DNA of 62,404 bases from assembly GCA_016783605.1 (NCBI GenBank), contig JADHWG010000003.1, forward strand, positions 1-62,404, written 5' to 3'. The notes beneath the pieces were generated by a model. That model saw only the letters and a list, made by a program, of their open reading frames with translations, was not told the DNA's origin and ran no database searches. Below are positions 35,413 to 43,970 of this stretch, in pieces (position 1 is the stretch's first letter; every line of letters starts with the position of its first letter). This DNA is from Candidatus Omnitrophota bacterium. GTDB taxonomy: Bacteria > Omnitrophota > Gorgyraeia > Tantalellales > Tantalellaceae. The position numbers and the translations under genes were made by a program.

Positions 35413-35502
35413 CCCTACGAATGTAATGTCAAAAATGTCACGAAACAGCCAATCTACAAGGTTGCGTTTTTGTAGGGGCGCTTCGTAAAGTGCCTTTTTT
35501 CA

Positions 35503-36723
35503 TCACATCTGAACGATCGTAGAGATCTTGAATATCGGCAGGAACATACATATCACGATCCCGCCTATCACAATTCCCAAAAAAGCTATAATTAACGGCT
35601 CTATCAGGCTTGTCAGACCATCGACAACTATATCCACCTGTTCATCCGAAAAATCAGCTATTTTGGTGAGCATAATTTCCAATTTTCCGCTTTTCTCTCC
35701 CACCGAAACCATACGAATGACCACCGGCGGAAATATTCCGCTTTTCTCGAGTGGTTCGGCAATACTTTCCCCTTCTCTGACACTTTCCTTCACTTCTTTA
35801 ATTGATTTTTCAACAACCATATTTCCGGAAGTCTCGGCTACTATTTCCAAAGCGTACAGTATTGGAACCCCGCTTTTGACAAGCGTAGCCAAAGTTCTGG
35901 TAAATTTACTGACCGCAACTTTTTTGAACAACATCCCGAATACCGGAAGTTTCAGTTTTACCGAATCCAAAGCAAATTTACCGCGAGCGGTCGATACATA
36001 AGCTTTCGCCGCGATCGCGAACACAACAAACAATATTACAAACCCAAGAAAATACTTTCTGGTAACATCACTCACGTTTATTAAAAACTGCGTTGGCACT
36101 GGTAAAGCCGCGCCGAACCCGGCAAACATATCTTTAAACACCGGGATCACTTTCAATATCATCACTAGGGTTATCACTACCGCCATGGTTGAAACAACAG
36201 ACGGATATATCATGGCTGACTTGATCTTTTTCTGCAAAGCGTTCGCCTTTTCCAAATAAGACGCGACTCTTTCCAAAACCTCTTCTAAATTTCCGCTTGT
36301 TTCTCCGGCTTTAACCATGTTTACAAAATAGTCCGAAAAAATATTCGAATACGCTCCCATCGCCTCCGAAAGACTCGCGCCGGTATTTACCGATTCCGAA
36401 ACGCTATGCAATGTTTTTCTGAACAGTAGACTTTCCGACTGATCGGCCAAAGTTTCAAGTGAATCCACAACAGTAATACCGGCACTCGTCATAGTTGCCA
36501 TTTGCCGCGCGAAAACCACCAACTCTTCTTTTTTTATTTTCTTTCCGGAAAATAAATGTCCGGAAGAAAAAAGACGCGATTTTTCCGCTATCTCTTCTAT
36601 CTTAAGTATGTGCAAATTTTTCCCGCGCAAAATTTCCACCACGTGAGCCTTGTTGGGAGACTCCATCTCTCCTTTAAGCGTACGTCCTGAATCTTCTTTG
36701 GCGATATAACTGAATTTCGGCAT
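35503..36723 (-). CDS. pilC: type IV pilus platform protein PilC (GspF family)
   Basis: 406 aa, two GspF repeats and 3 TM segments. ATG at 36723 with a GGGGAGA RBS. The track extension reads into the family T repeat. Confidence 0.9.
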   Translation of the reverse strand: MPKFSYIAKEDSGRTLKGEMESPNKAHVVEILRGKNLHILKIEEIAEKSRLFSSGHLFSGKKIKKEELVVFARQMATMTSAGITVVDSLETLADQSESLLFRKTLHSVSESVNTGASLSEAMGAYSNIFSDYFVNMVKAGETSGNLEEVLERVASYLEKANALQKKIKSAMIYPSVVSTMAVVITLVMILKVIPVFKDMFAGFGAALPVPTQFLINVSDVTRKYFLGFVILFVVFAIAAKAYVSTARGKFALDSVKLKLPVFGMLFKKVAVSKFTRTLATLVKSGVPILYALEIVAETSGNMVVEKSIKEVKESVREGESIAEPLEKSGIFPPVVIRMVSVGEKSGKLEIMLTKIADFSDEQVDIVVDGLTSLIEPLIIAFLGIVIGGIVICMFLPIFKISTIVQM

Positions 36724-36740
36724 TGTGTATCTCCCCATAT

Positions 36741-36831
36741 CGTATATCGTATGTCGTATATCGCATATCGTAAGAAATTCCCGCCGGAGGCGGGGCCCCG
36801 TCTCCGACGGGGCATTCTTCACGATATACGA
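36741..36831. repeat. CGTATAT-heptamer palindromic element, family T, copy 3
   Basis: About 5 CGTATAT-type units, the twin hairpins CCCGCCGGAGGCGGGG and CCCCGTCTCCGACGGGG, then only 2 CGATATA units. Confidence 0.8.
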
Positions 36832-38538
36832 TTATGTTATTCTTAAAACCTCTTCGAGTGTAGTCCACCCTTTTATGAATTTTATCATCGCGTTTTCTCT
36901 CAAAGTTCTGACACCTTTTGACTTCAAATATTCACGAATTTCATTTTCGGAGCTTCTTGAGATTATCATCGCTTTTATCTTCTCATCAATAACCATGGTT
37001 TCCAACGTACCCAAACGACCGTAATAACCTGTTCCTTTACAAGTTTCGCACCCTTTTCCCCTATAGAATTTATCCGTATCAAAAAGTTTGCCATGCTCGG
37101 CTTTAATGATTTTCAATGTTTCGCTTGGAATTTCCGCCGGAACTTTACAATTCGGACAAATTTTCCGAAGTAGTCTCTGCGCGCACGCCATAACAAGACT
37201 TGATGAGATCAAAAAAGGTTCCACCCCCATGTTCACAAGCCGCGTAATGGCGCCGACGGCATCATTCGTATGAAGTGTGCTCAAAACCATCTGCCCGGTA
37301 AGAGACGCTTTAACCGCGATATCCGCTGTTTCAAAATCACGTATTTCACCAACCATAATTATATCCGGACTCTGGCGAAGCAATGCCCTTAGCCCCGCCG
37401 CAAAATCAAGACCGATTTCCGGATTCGCCGCTATTTGAGTGATCCCGCCGAGTTGATACTCCACCGGATCCTCAACCGTAACGATGTTTTTTTCGATCAC
37501 GTTCATCTTGTTCAAAACCGAATAAAGCGTGGTAGATTTGCCGCTTCCGGTGGGACCGGTCACAAGAATTATACCGAAAGGTTTCGCCAAAGCTTCTTTG
37601 AAATCAGCCAAAGGCTCGCCGAGAAAACCAAGCGTCTCCAATCCGACAGACAAATTGCTTTTATCCAAAGCCCTCAAAACCATCTTGTTTCCGAACACTG
37701 TCGGCAAGGACGACACACGAAAATCTATTTCCTTTTTTTTAGACTTCACTCGAAACCTGCCGTCCTGCGGGATCCTGGTTTCCGTAATATCCAAATTTGA
37801 CATTATCTTGAGCCTGGTCACTATGGCTTTTTGATTTTTTTTGGGAAGGTCAAAAGCATCATGAAGTTTTCCATCCACTCGATACCTTACACGTAAACTC
37901 TTCTCCTCCGGTTCGATATGAATGTCGCTAACTCTCTGCCTTATCGCCTCGGATAGAAGAAGATCGACCATTTTTATTATGGGCGCGGCCTTACTCTCTT
38001 GCGTTATCTCCATGTTGTCCGTTTTTTCAATGTTCTTGACTATTTCCAATTTTGCGGCTTCCTCATCTTCATCCATAACACATAAGATATCTTCTTCTTC
38101 CGATTTGAAATAAGTTTGGATGGCGTCTTGAACCTGGCGGCGCGAGGCGACAACAAGCCTTAGATCACACCCGGTAACCGTTTTTATATCATCGAATGCC
38201 AAAATATCCGTAGGATCGGACACAACCAATGTAAGATCGTGACCTATTTTCGATAACGGCAGAATCGAATATCTTCGTATCAATTTCTCAGGTACCAGTT
38301 TCATAATATTTTCATCAAAAGTAACTCTGGATAAGTCGATCGGCACAATATCCAATTCACGGCTCAATATCGTCAGAAAGCTCTTTTCCGGAACGATATT
38401 GCTTTCGGAAAAGAGTTTGATAATGTCACTTTCGTTTTTCTTGCCCATATCTTTCGACATCTCGGCAAAACGCTTTTCATTTATCAAACCGTCTTCCTTT
38501 AACGCCGACAGAATTCGTTTTTTTAATGGTTCGGTCAT
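36832..38538 (-). CDS. pilB: type IV pilus assembly ATPase PilB/GspE, paralog 1
   Basis: 568 aa. Walker A GPTGSGKST, Asp/His boxes and the tetracysteine CPNC...CETC. The N-terminal GspE_N domain has a degenerate MshEN motif. Confidence 0.9.
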   Translation of the reverse strand: MTEPLKKRILSALKEDGLINEKRFAEMSKDMGKKNESDIIKLFSESNIVPEKSFLTILSRELDIVPIDLSRVTFDENIMKLVPEKLIRRYSILPLSKIGHDLTLVVSDPTDILAFDDIKTVTGCDLRLVVASRRQVQDAIQTYFKSEEEDILCVMDEDEEAAKLEIVKNIEKTDNMEITQESKAAPIIKMVDLLLSEAIRQRVSDIHIEPEEKSLRVRYRVDGKLHDAFDLPKKNQKAIVTRLKIMSNLDITETRIPQDGRFRVKSKKKEIDFRVSSLPTVFGNKMVLRALDKSNLSVGLETLGFLGEPLADFKEALAKPFGIILVTGPTGSGKSTTLYSVLNKMNVIEKNIVTVEDPVEYQLGGITQIAANPEIGLDFAAGLRALLRQSPDIIMVGEIRDFETADIAVKASLTGQMVLSTLHTNDAVGAITRLVNMGVEPFLISSSLVMACAQRLLRKICPNCKVPAEIPSETLKIIKAEHGKLFDTDKFYRGKGCETCKGTGYYGRLGTLETMVIDEKIKAMIISRSSENEIREYLKSKGVRTLRENAMIKFIKGWTTLEEVLRIT

Positions 38539-38557
38539 AATCTCCGCTCAATTATTA

Positions 38558-40270
38558 TTAATCAATGGTCGCGGCAAGCACATCCTCAAGAGACACCTTT
38601 CCTTCAAGAACGTTCTCGATCCCATTTTCCCGAAGTGAAATCATTCCTTCTTTTCTCGCCGTTCTTTCGATATCGGATTCCCCGGCTCTTGAGGCAATAA
38701 GTTCTTTAACCGCCGGAGTCAATCTGATGCATTCGATTATCCCCAATCTTCCTCGATAACCCGTATTCATGCAATGCTTGCACCCGCGCGCACGGTATAT
38801 TTTTCCCGTTTTGTTCTTTTTATCAAAAAGTTTATACTTTTCTACGATTTCCTTCGGCGGGGTATACGCTTCTTTACATTCCGGACAAAGTGTTCTCAAA
38901 AGACGCTGGGCGCCAATAAGTTGAACGGCGGCGGATATAAGAAACGGTTCAACTCCCATATTGATCATTCTCACGATCGACCCGGCGGCAGTATTGGTAT
39001 GCAGTGTACTCAATACGAGATGCCCCGTCAGCGCGGATTTCACAGCAACATCCAATGTTTCAAAATCTCGTATTTCACCGACCATAATGATATCCGGATC
39101 CTGCCGCAAAATTGAACGAAGACATTTCTGAAACGTTAGCCCCACCTCTTCGTTCACATTAACCTGATTGATACCCTTAATTTCAAATTCTACCGGGTCC
39201 TCCACAGTTATGATATTTTTTTCCGGATCATCGGCATATTTCAAAATGGAATATAGAGTTGTGGTTTTTCCGCACCCGGTCGGTCCCGATATCAATATCA
39301 TTCCATACGGTTCATCGGCGGCAGAACGTATTTTTTCTTTATCGCGTTCATTAAATCCAAGTCTTTCAATATCGATCGTCGCCTGCGCCTTATCCAAGAT
39401 TCTTAAAGCCGCTTTTTCTCCAAAACTTGACGGAACGATAGACACCCTGAAATCAATTTTCCGATTCGCGACTTTTATTTTAAATCTTCCATCCTGCGGA
39501 AGCCTTCTTTCGGAAATATCAAGATTCGACATAACTTTGATGCGCGAGATTATCGCCTGATGAAACTTTTTCGGAGGATTATAGTATTCACACAGAAGCC
39601 CGTCAATTCGAAACCTGACACGCGATTTCTTTTCCATCGGTTCTATCAAGATATCGCTTGCCCTCTCTTTTACGGCTTTATTCAATATCATATTGGCAAG
39701 CTTTACTATCGGCGCGTCGGAAGTTTCGTTTAAAAGATCTTTCGTCGAAATTTTCGCGCCTTTTTCTTCGGTAACCATTTCCATATCAGAACTTTTTATT
39801 CCTTTGACTATCTCGTTTATTTCTTCATCGGCTGACTTCTCATAATGTTTTCGAATTGCCTCGACCATATCATCGGCTGAGGCGATAACCGGACTGATAT
39901 TAAGATGTGTGAGAATTTTTAAGTCATCCAGAGCAAATATGTTGAGCGGATCAACCATGGCTACGGTAAGCTGCTTACCGATACGGGAAACCGGAAGGAT
40001 TTGATACATTCGTGAAACTTTTTCCGGAATAAGTTCCAAAATTTTTTTTTCTATCTTTAACCGTACGAGTTTTATCGGAGGAAACGGAATAGTTTCGGTT
40101 ATTGCCGCAAAAAGATCTTCCTTTGAGATCACGTTCATCTCGATCAGAATATCTCCGAGATTTCCGCCTTCTTTAGAGAATTTTTGTTTTGCCTTATTTA
40201 GATCATTTTTTGAAACAAGTTTTTTACTCAGCAAAAACACACAAATTTTTTCTCCCAACGCGAAAGCCAT
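38558..40270 (-). CDS. pilB: type IV pilus assembly ATPase PilB/GspE, paralog 2
   Basis: 570 aa. Walker A GPTGCGKTT and the tetracysteine CPEC...CKHC. The N-terminal domain has partially degenerate MshEN-like motifs. Confidence 0.9.
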   Translation of the reverse strand: MAFALGEKICVFLLSKKLVSKNDLNKAKQKFSKEGGNLGDILIEMNVISKEDLFAAITETIPFPPIKLVRLKIEKKILELIPEKVSRMYQILPVSRIGKQLTVAMVDPLNIFALDDLKILTHLNISPVIASADDMVEAIRKHYEKSADEEINEIVKGIKSSDMEMVTEEKGAKISTKDLLNETSDAPIVKLANMILNKAVKERASDILIEPMEKKSRVRFRIDGLLCEYYNPPKKFHQAIISRIKVMSNLDISERRLPQDGRFKIKVANRKIDFRVSIVPSSFGEKAALRILDKAQATIDIERLGFNERDKEKIRSAADEPYGMILISGPTGCGKTTTLYSILKYADDPEKNIITVEDPVEFEIKGINQVNVNEEVGLTFQKCLRSILRQDPDIIMVGEIRDFETLDVAVKSALTGHLVLSTLHTNTAAGSIVRMINMGVEPFLISAAVQLIGAQRLLRTLCPECKEAYTPPKEIVEKYKLFDKKNKTGKIYRARGCKHCMNTGYRGRLGIIECIRLTPAVKELIASRAGESDIERTARKEGMISLRENGIENVLEGKVSLEDVLAATID

Positions 40271-40283
40271 ATAAGACCTATCT

Positions 40284-40433
40284 TTCAGGTTTCAGGTTTC
40301 AGGTTTCAGGTTTCAGGTTGCAGGTTGCAGGTTGCAGGTTACAGGTTACAGGTTTCAGGTTGCAGGTTTTCCCGCCGGAGGCGGGTCCGCCTTTGGCGGA
40401 GAAGCATGAAACCTGAAACCTGTAACATGAAAC
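40284..40433. repeat. heptamer-armed palindromic element, family H, copy 2 (asymmetric: 12 vs ~4 units)
   Basis: 12 tandem TNCAGGT units (40284-40367), the core TTCCCGCCGGAGGCGGGTCCGCCTTTGGCGGAGAA, then about 4 complementary units. Starts 13 nt upstream of the pilB-2 ATG. Confidence 0.9.
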
Positions 40434-40455
40434 ATTTAATTTTTGATAACTCCTC

Positions 40456-40896
40456 TTATTCCTTATATATCTTGTCCAGAGTATCATGAACCGCCGTCAC
40501 TGTGCTTATGAATATTTGCACCTTCTTTTTGGTTATCATCTCGATATCTTCAACGGCCTTTTCATTAAGCGGATTCGACATGGCAATCGTCAGAATGTTA
40601 CCGATTATGTCCAGCGGTACGATGCAATATTGCCGCGCGACATTTTCCGGAAGCACTTCTTTCATTTCTTTCTTCAACTCATAGTTTTCAAGAGGAAGAT
40701 ACGGAAATCCGCATTGAACGGTTAATGCCTGGACAATATCCTGTTCGTTTACATATCCGAGTTTGATCAGGATCTCGCCCAACAGCCCGCCTTCACGTTT
40801 CTGCAGATCAAGCGACATCTTGAGCTGTTCTGCGGAAAGAATACCACCGCGTAACAAAATTTCTCCCAATTTTTTCCATGTGCGTTTTTCAGTCAC
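40456..40896 (-). CDS. stand-alone GspE/PilB N-terminal (MshEN-type) domain protein, predicted c-di-GMP receptor
   Basis: 146 aa, no ATPase domain. KLGEILLRGGILSAEQLKMSLDLQ, a 5-aa spacer, then LLGEILIKLGYVNEQDIVQALTVQ fit the tandem 24-residue MshEN motif. GTG start at 40896 with an AAAGGAA RBS. Confidence 0.75.
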   Translation of the reverse strand: MTEKRTWKKLGEILLRGGILSAEQLKMSLDLQKREGGLLGEILIKLGYVNEQDIVQALTVQCGFPYLPLENYELKKEMKEVLPENVARQYCIVPLDIIGNILTIAMSNPLNEKAVEDIEMITKKKVQIFISTVTAVHDTLDKIYKE

Positions 40897-40912
40897 GTAT
40901 GGTTCCTTTCAG

Positions 40913-41018
40913 TCACGTTGCAGGTTTCAGGTTACAGGTTACACGTTTTTCCGCCGAAGGCGGACCCGCCTTCGGCGGGAAACCTGAAACTTGAAACCTG
41001 TAACCTGCAACGTGAAAC
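40913..41018. repeat. heptamer-armed palindromic element, family H, copy 3
   Basis: 5 units, the core CCGCCGAAGGCGGACCCGCCTTCGGCGG, then 5 complementary units. Confidence 0.85.
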
Positions 41019-41024
41019 GCTCTT

Positions 41025-42089
41025 CTATTCTCCGATCAGTTTCATCAGTTCCTCGACATCACTCGATCGCGACAACGCTTCATCATAACTTACGTCACCA
41101 TTTGAATAAAGTTCGGACAAAGCCTGATTCATTGTCCTCATGCCGAATTTCTGAGATGTTTGAATGATCGAATAGATTTGATGTTCTTTCCCGTCCCGTA
41201 TCATGCTTCTTACCGCCGGTGTCGAAACCATCACTTCAGCGGCCAGAACTCTGCCGTTTTGATCTTTACGCGGGATAAGCTGCTGCGAAAGTATGCCGAC
41301 TAAAACAAAAGAAAGTTGTGTCCTTACCTGTCTTTGTTGATGCGCGGGAAAAACATCAACGATGCGGTTTATCGTTTGAATACTATCGGAAGTATGCAGC
41401 GTCCCTAAAACCAAGTGCCCCGTATCCGCGATTATCATCGCTTCCTGTATCGTATCCAGATCTCGAAGCTCCCCTATCAAAATTACGTCCGGGTCCTGCC
41501 GTAACACGTGCCTTAAAGCTTCACTGAAAGAATTTGTGTCTTCGGAAAGTTGTCTTTGATCGATTATCGCCTTTTTGTTCTCATGAACAAACTCTATCGG
41601 ATCCTCAACAGTAACTATGTGGCAGTCCCTTCCTGAGTTGATCTCTTCCACCATAGCCGCCAAAGTCGTGGATTTTCCGCTGCCGGTCGCTCCCGTCACA
41701 AGAACCAACCCTCTTTGAGCCGAACAAAATTTCTTCATAACTTCCAGCGGCAACCCGCACTCCGACAGACTCATTATACTGAGCGGGATCAGTCTTATGG
41801 CGCATCCGACATTGCTTCTCTGCAAAAAAGCATTGCACCTGAATCTGGCTACATTTTTTATTGCCAAAGAAAAATCAAGTTCTTTTTCCTCCTCAAACTT
41901 TTTTATTTGCACGTCAGACATCAAGCTGTAAATGATCTTTTTTGCCTCGGCTGAAGACAACGGTTCATCGTTTATTTCCACAAGCTTATTATCTATCCGA
42001 TAATGCATCACACTATCCGCTCCGATATGAAGATCGGACGCGTTTTTTTTCGGCATCATTCCCAATATTTTTTTTATGTCGTCAGTCAT
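41025..42089 (-). CDS. pilT: twitching motility retraction ATPase PilT
   Basis: 354 aa. Walker A GATGSGKST and a PilT-type C-terminus (AHQQRQVRTQLS..L.GI.SQ.L). Confidence 0.92.
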   Translation of the reverse strand: MTDDIKKILGMMPKKNASDLHIGADSVMHYRIDNKLVEINDEPLSSAEAKKIIYSLMSDVQIKKFEEEKELDFSLAIKNVARFRCNAFLQRSNVGCAIRLIPLSIMSLSECGLPLEVMKKFCSAQRGLVLVTGATGSGKSTTLAAMVEEINSGRDCHIVTVEDPIEFVHENKKAIIDQRQLSEDTNSFSEALRHVLRQDPDVILIGELRDLDTIQEAMIIADTGHLVLGTLHTSDSIQTINRIVDVFPAHQQRQVRTQLSFVLVGILSQQLIPRKDQNGRVLAAEVMVSTPAVRSMIRDGKEHQIYSIIQTSQKFGMRTMNQALSELYSNGDVSYDEALSRSSDVEELMKLIGE

Positions 42090-42102
42090 GTCTTCCCTTC
42101 GG

Positions 42103-42214
42103 TCACATCACACGCTACACGTTGCAGGTTACAGGTCACAGGTTTTCCGCCAAAGGCGGACCCGCCTCCGGCGGGAAACGTGAAACCTGAAACCTGAAAC
42201 ATGCAACGTGAAAC
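42103..42214. repeat. heptamer-armed palindromic element, family H, copy 4
   Basis: Degenerate ACACGTT/GCAGGTT units, the core CCGCCAAAGGCGGACCCGCCTCCGGCGG, then complementary units. Confidence 0.85.
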
Positions 42215-42220
42215 GCTCTT

Positions 42221-43636
42221 CTATTCTCCCAACACTTTATTCCCTCCGTCCGCTTGAGCTTTGTCCGTAAACTCGCGAGCCTTTTCAATAATCTCATCCG
42301 CGTTTCCTCCGTCGATCGGATTCTCGCTCACTCCGACACTGACGGTAATCACGTCATCGGAGGAAGATGAAATTTTCATGTTCTCTATTCTTTCTCTGGC
42401 GGTTTCCGCTATATCAAGACTTTCTCTCTTATTCACTTCCGGCAAAAGAACACCGAATTCACCATCGCTGGATCTGGCGACCTTCCCGACGGTTGGAATT
42501 ATTGAACTAAGAAGTTTTCCTATTCGTTTTAACACATTCTTTGTTTTTCCTTCGCCGTAATAGTTAGCATATTCTTCGAAACTATCTATTCTTACCAGAA
42601 ACAAAGAACACGGTCTTTGGTAATACACGGCTCTTTTTATTTCGTCGTTTAACCTTTCCTTGAGATACGAAAAGGTATAAAGTCCTGTAATTTTATCGAC
42701 GATCTCAAGACTTTTTACCCTTTTGCATATTCTTTCGCTCTGATACGCTAAGGCCAACTCTTTTTCAAAAGCCCTCAGCATATCTATGTTCTCTTCTTCA
42801 AATTTTGTCCCCTTGATAAAGCTTCCGGCACACATCATACCGACAATATTTTCGTCCATTTTTATCGGGAAAAATATTATGTTCATCCCTTCCAGTTTGT
42901 CCTTCAACTCTTTTTGCCTCGCTTTTTTAAGCGGCCTGGAATCGATTAAAAAATATTCTTCTTCCGGAAAGATCTTTTCAACGGATTCAATATGCGCCTC
43001 AATACCCGCCGCGGATAATTCATGACCGGAATTGTCGTGCATAGCCTTCAGCGCACATTCTTTCCCTTCATTTTTGATGAACAATAGACAAAAGCCGCCA
43101 TACAATTCTCCCGCTATTCTTTCAGCGACAAAATCCGCTATTTCACTAAACTCCGTACCGGACGAAATAAGATCTCCCACCTTCATCAAATTCGTCAATG
43201 TCAGAACTTTTTTATGTATCTGCAGGTTTAGCGATGCTGTTTTTTCGCTATATTCCTGCAGTTCTCCAATGTATCCGCGAATTTTCGCCGTCATGGTATT
43301 AACAGAGTTTGCTATGTCTCCCAATTCATCATCTCTGCCTATATCAACTTTCGCGCTATAATCCCCGTCAGCAATATTTTTTGTCTTCATAGCCAGTCCG
43401 ATGATCGGAATAATTATTTTTTTCGCGAGCAAATATCCGGCGGCGGCAAGCCAGATCGAACACAAAATCATAAACGTCATTCGAAAGATCAATTCCGGAG
43501 TATCAAACACGTAGTTAATTACGACATATGCCAGTACAAGGAACGGTATCACCGACATAAGGGAAACCGACAGCAATAAGCTGTATTTGATCCCTTTTCG
43601 AGACCGTTTCACATGCTTCTTTTTATCTTTTTTCAC
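42221..43636 (-). CDS. membrane HAMP - sensor (GAF-like) - degenerate GGDEF domain protein
   Basis: 471 aa. Two TM helices, HAMP (DELGDIANSVNTMTAKI), and a GGDEF fold with SDGEF in place of GGDEF. Substrate/metal residues are altered (IDSFEEYANYYGEGKTKN). Confidence 0.8.
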   Translation of the reverse strand: MKKDKKKHVKRSRKGIKYSLLLSVSLMSVIPFLVLAYVVINYVFDTPELIFRMTFMILCSIWLAAAGYLLAKKIIIPIIGLAMKTKNIADGDYSAKVDIGRDDELGDIANSVNTMTAKIRGYIGELQEYSEKTASLNLQIHKKVLTLTNLMKVGDLISSGTEFSEIADFVAERIAGELYGGFCLLFIKNEGKECALKAMHDNSGHELSAAGIEAHIESVEKIFPEEEYFLIDSRPLKKARQKELKDKLEGMNIIFFPIKMDENIVGMMCAGSFIKGTKFEEENIDMLRAFEKELALAYQSERICKRVKSLEIVDKITGLYTFSYLKERLNDEIKRAVYYQRPCSLFLVRIDSFEEYANYYGEGKTKNVLKRIGKLLSSIIPTVGKVARSSDGEFGVLLPEVNKRESLDIAETARERIENMKISSSSDDVITVSVGVSENPIDGGNADEIIEKAREFTDKAQADGGNKVLGE

Positions 43637-43728
43637 GACTCACCTCCGTCAAACATAATATTGGATAATACGGCGCCACTCAAATATACCTTACGGAAAA
43701 TTGAAAGTCAAAGTAACAGGTGATATTC

Positions 43729-43961
43729 GTAGGGTGTACATTGTCACAATTCAGGCAACAAATCGATAGCGGTCGGGCCGACCATTTTGTCCCCCCCTCA
43801 ATTCATCGGACAAGGCAGGCCTTGTCCCTACGAACGATATGAAACATGCCACAACAAATCGTAGGGGCCGGGCCTGCCCGGCCCTTTTATCCCCATCATC
43901 ATTGATAATCTTTATATGTGGATGCCATTATAGACGGTTACCTGAATTGTGACAATACGCG
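43729..43961 (+). mobile_element. MITE-like element, family A
   Basis: GTAGGG+TGTACATTGTCACAATTCAGGCAAC ... GTTACCTGAATTGTGACAATACGCG+CCCTAC. Confidence 0.85.
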
Positions 43962-43970
43962 CCCTACGAA

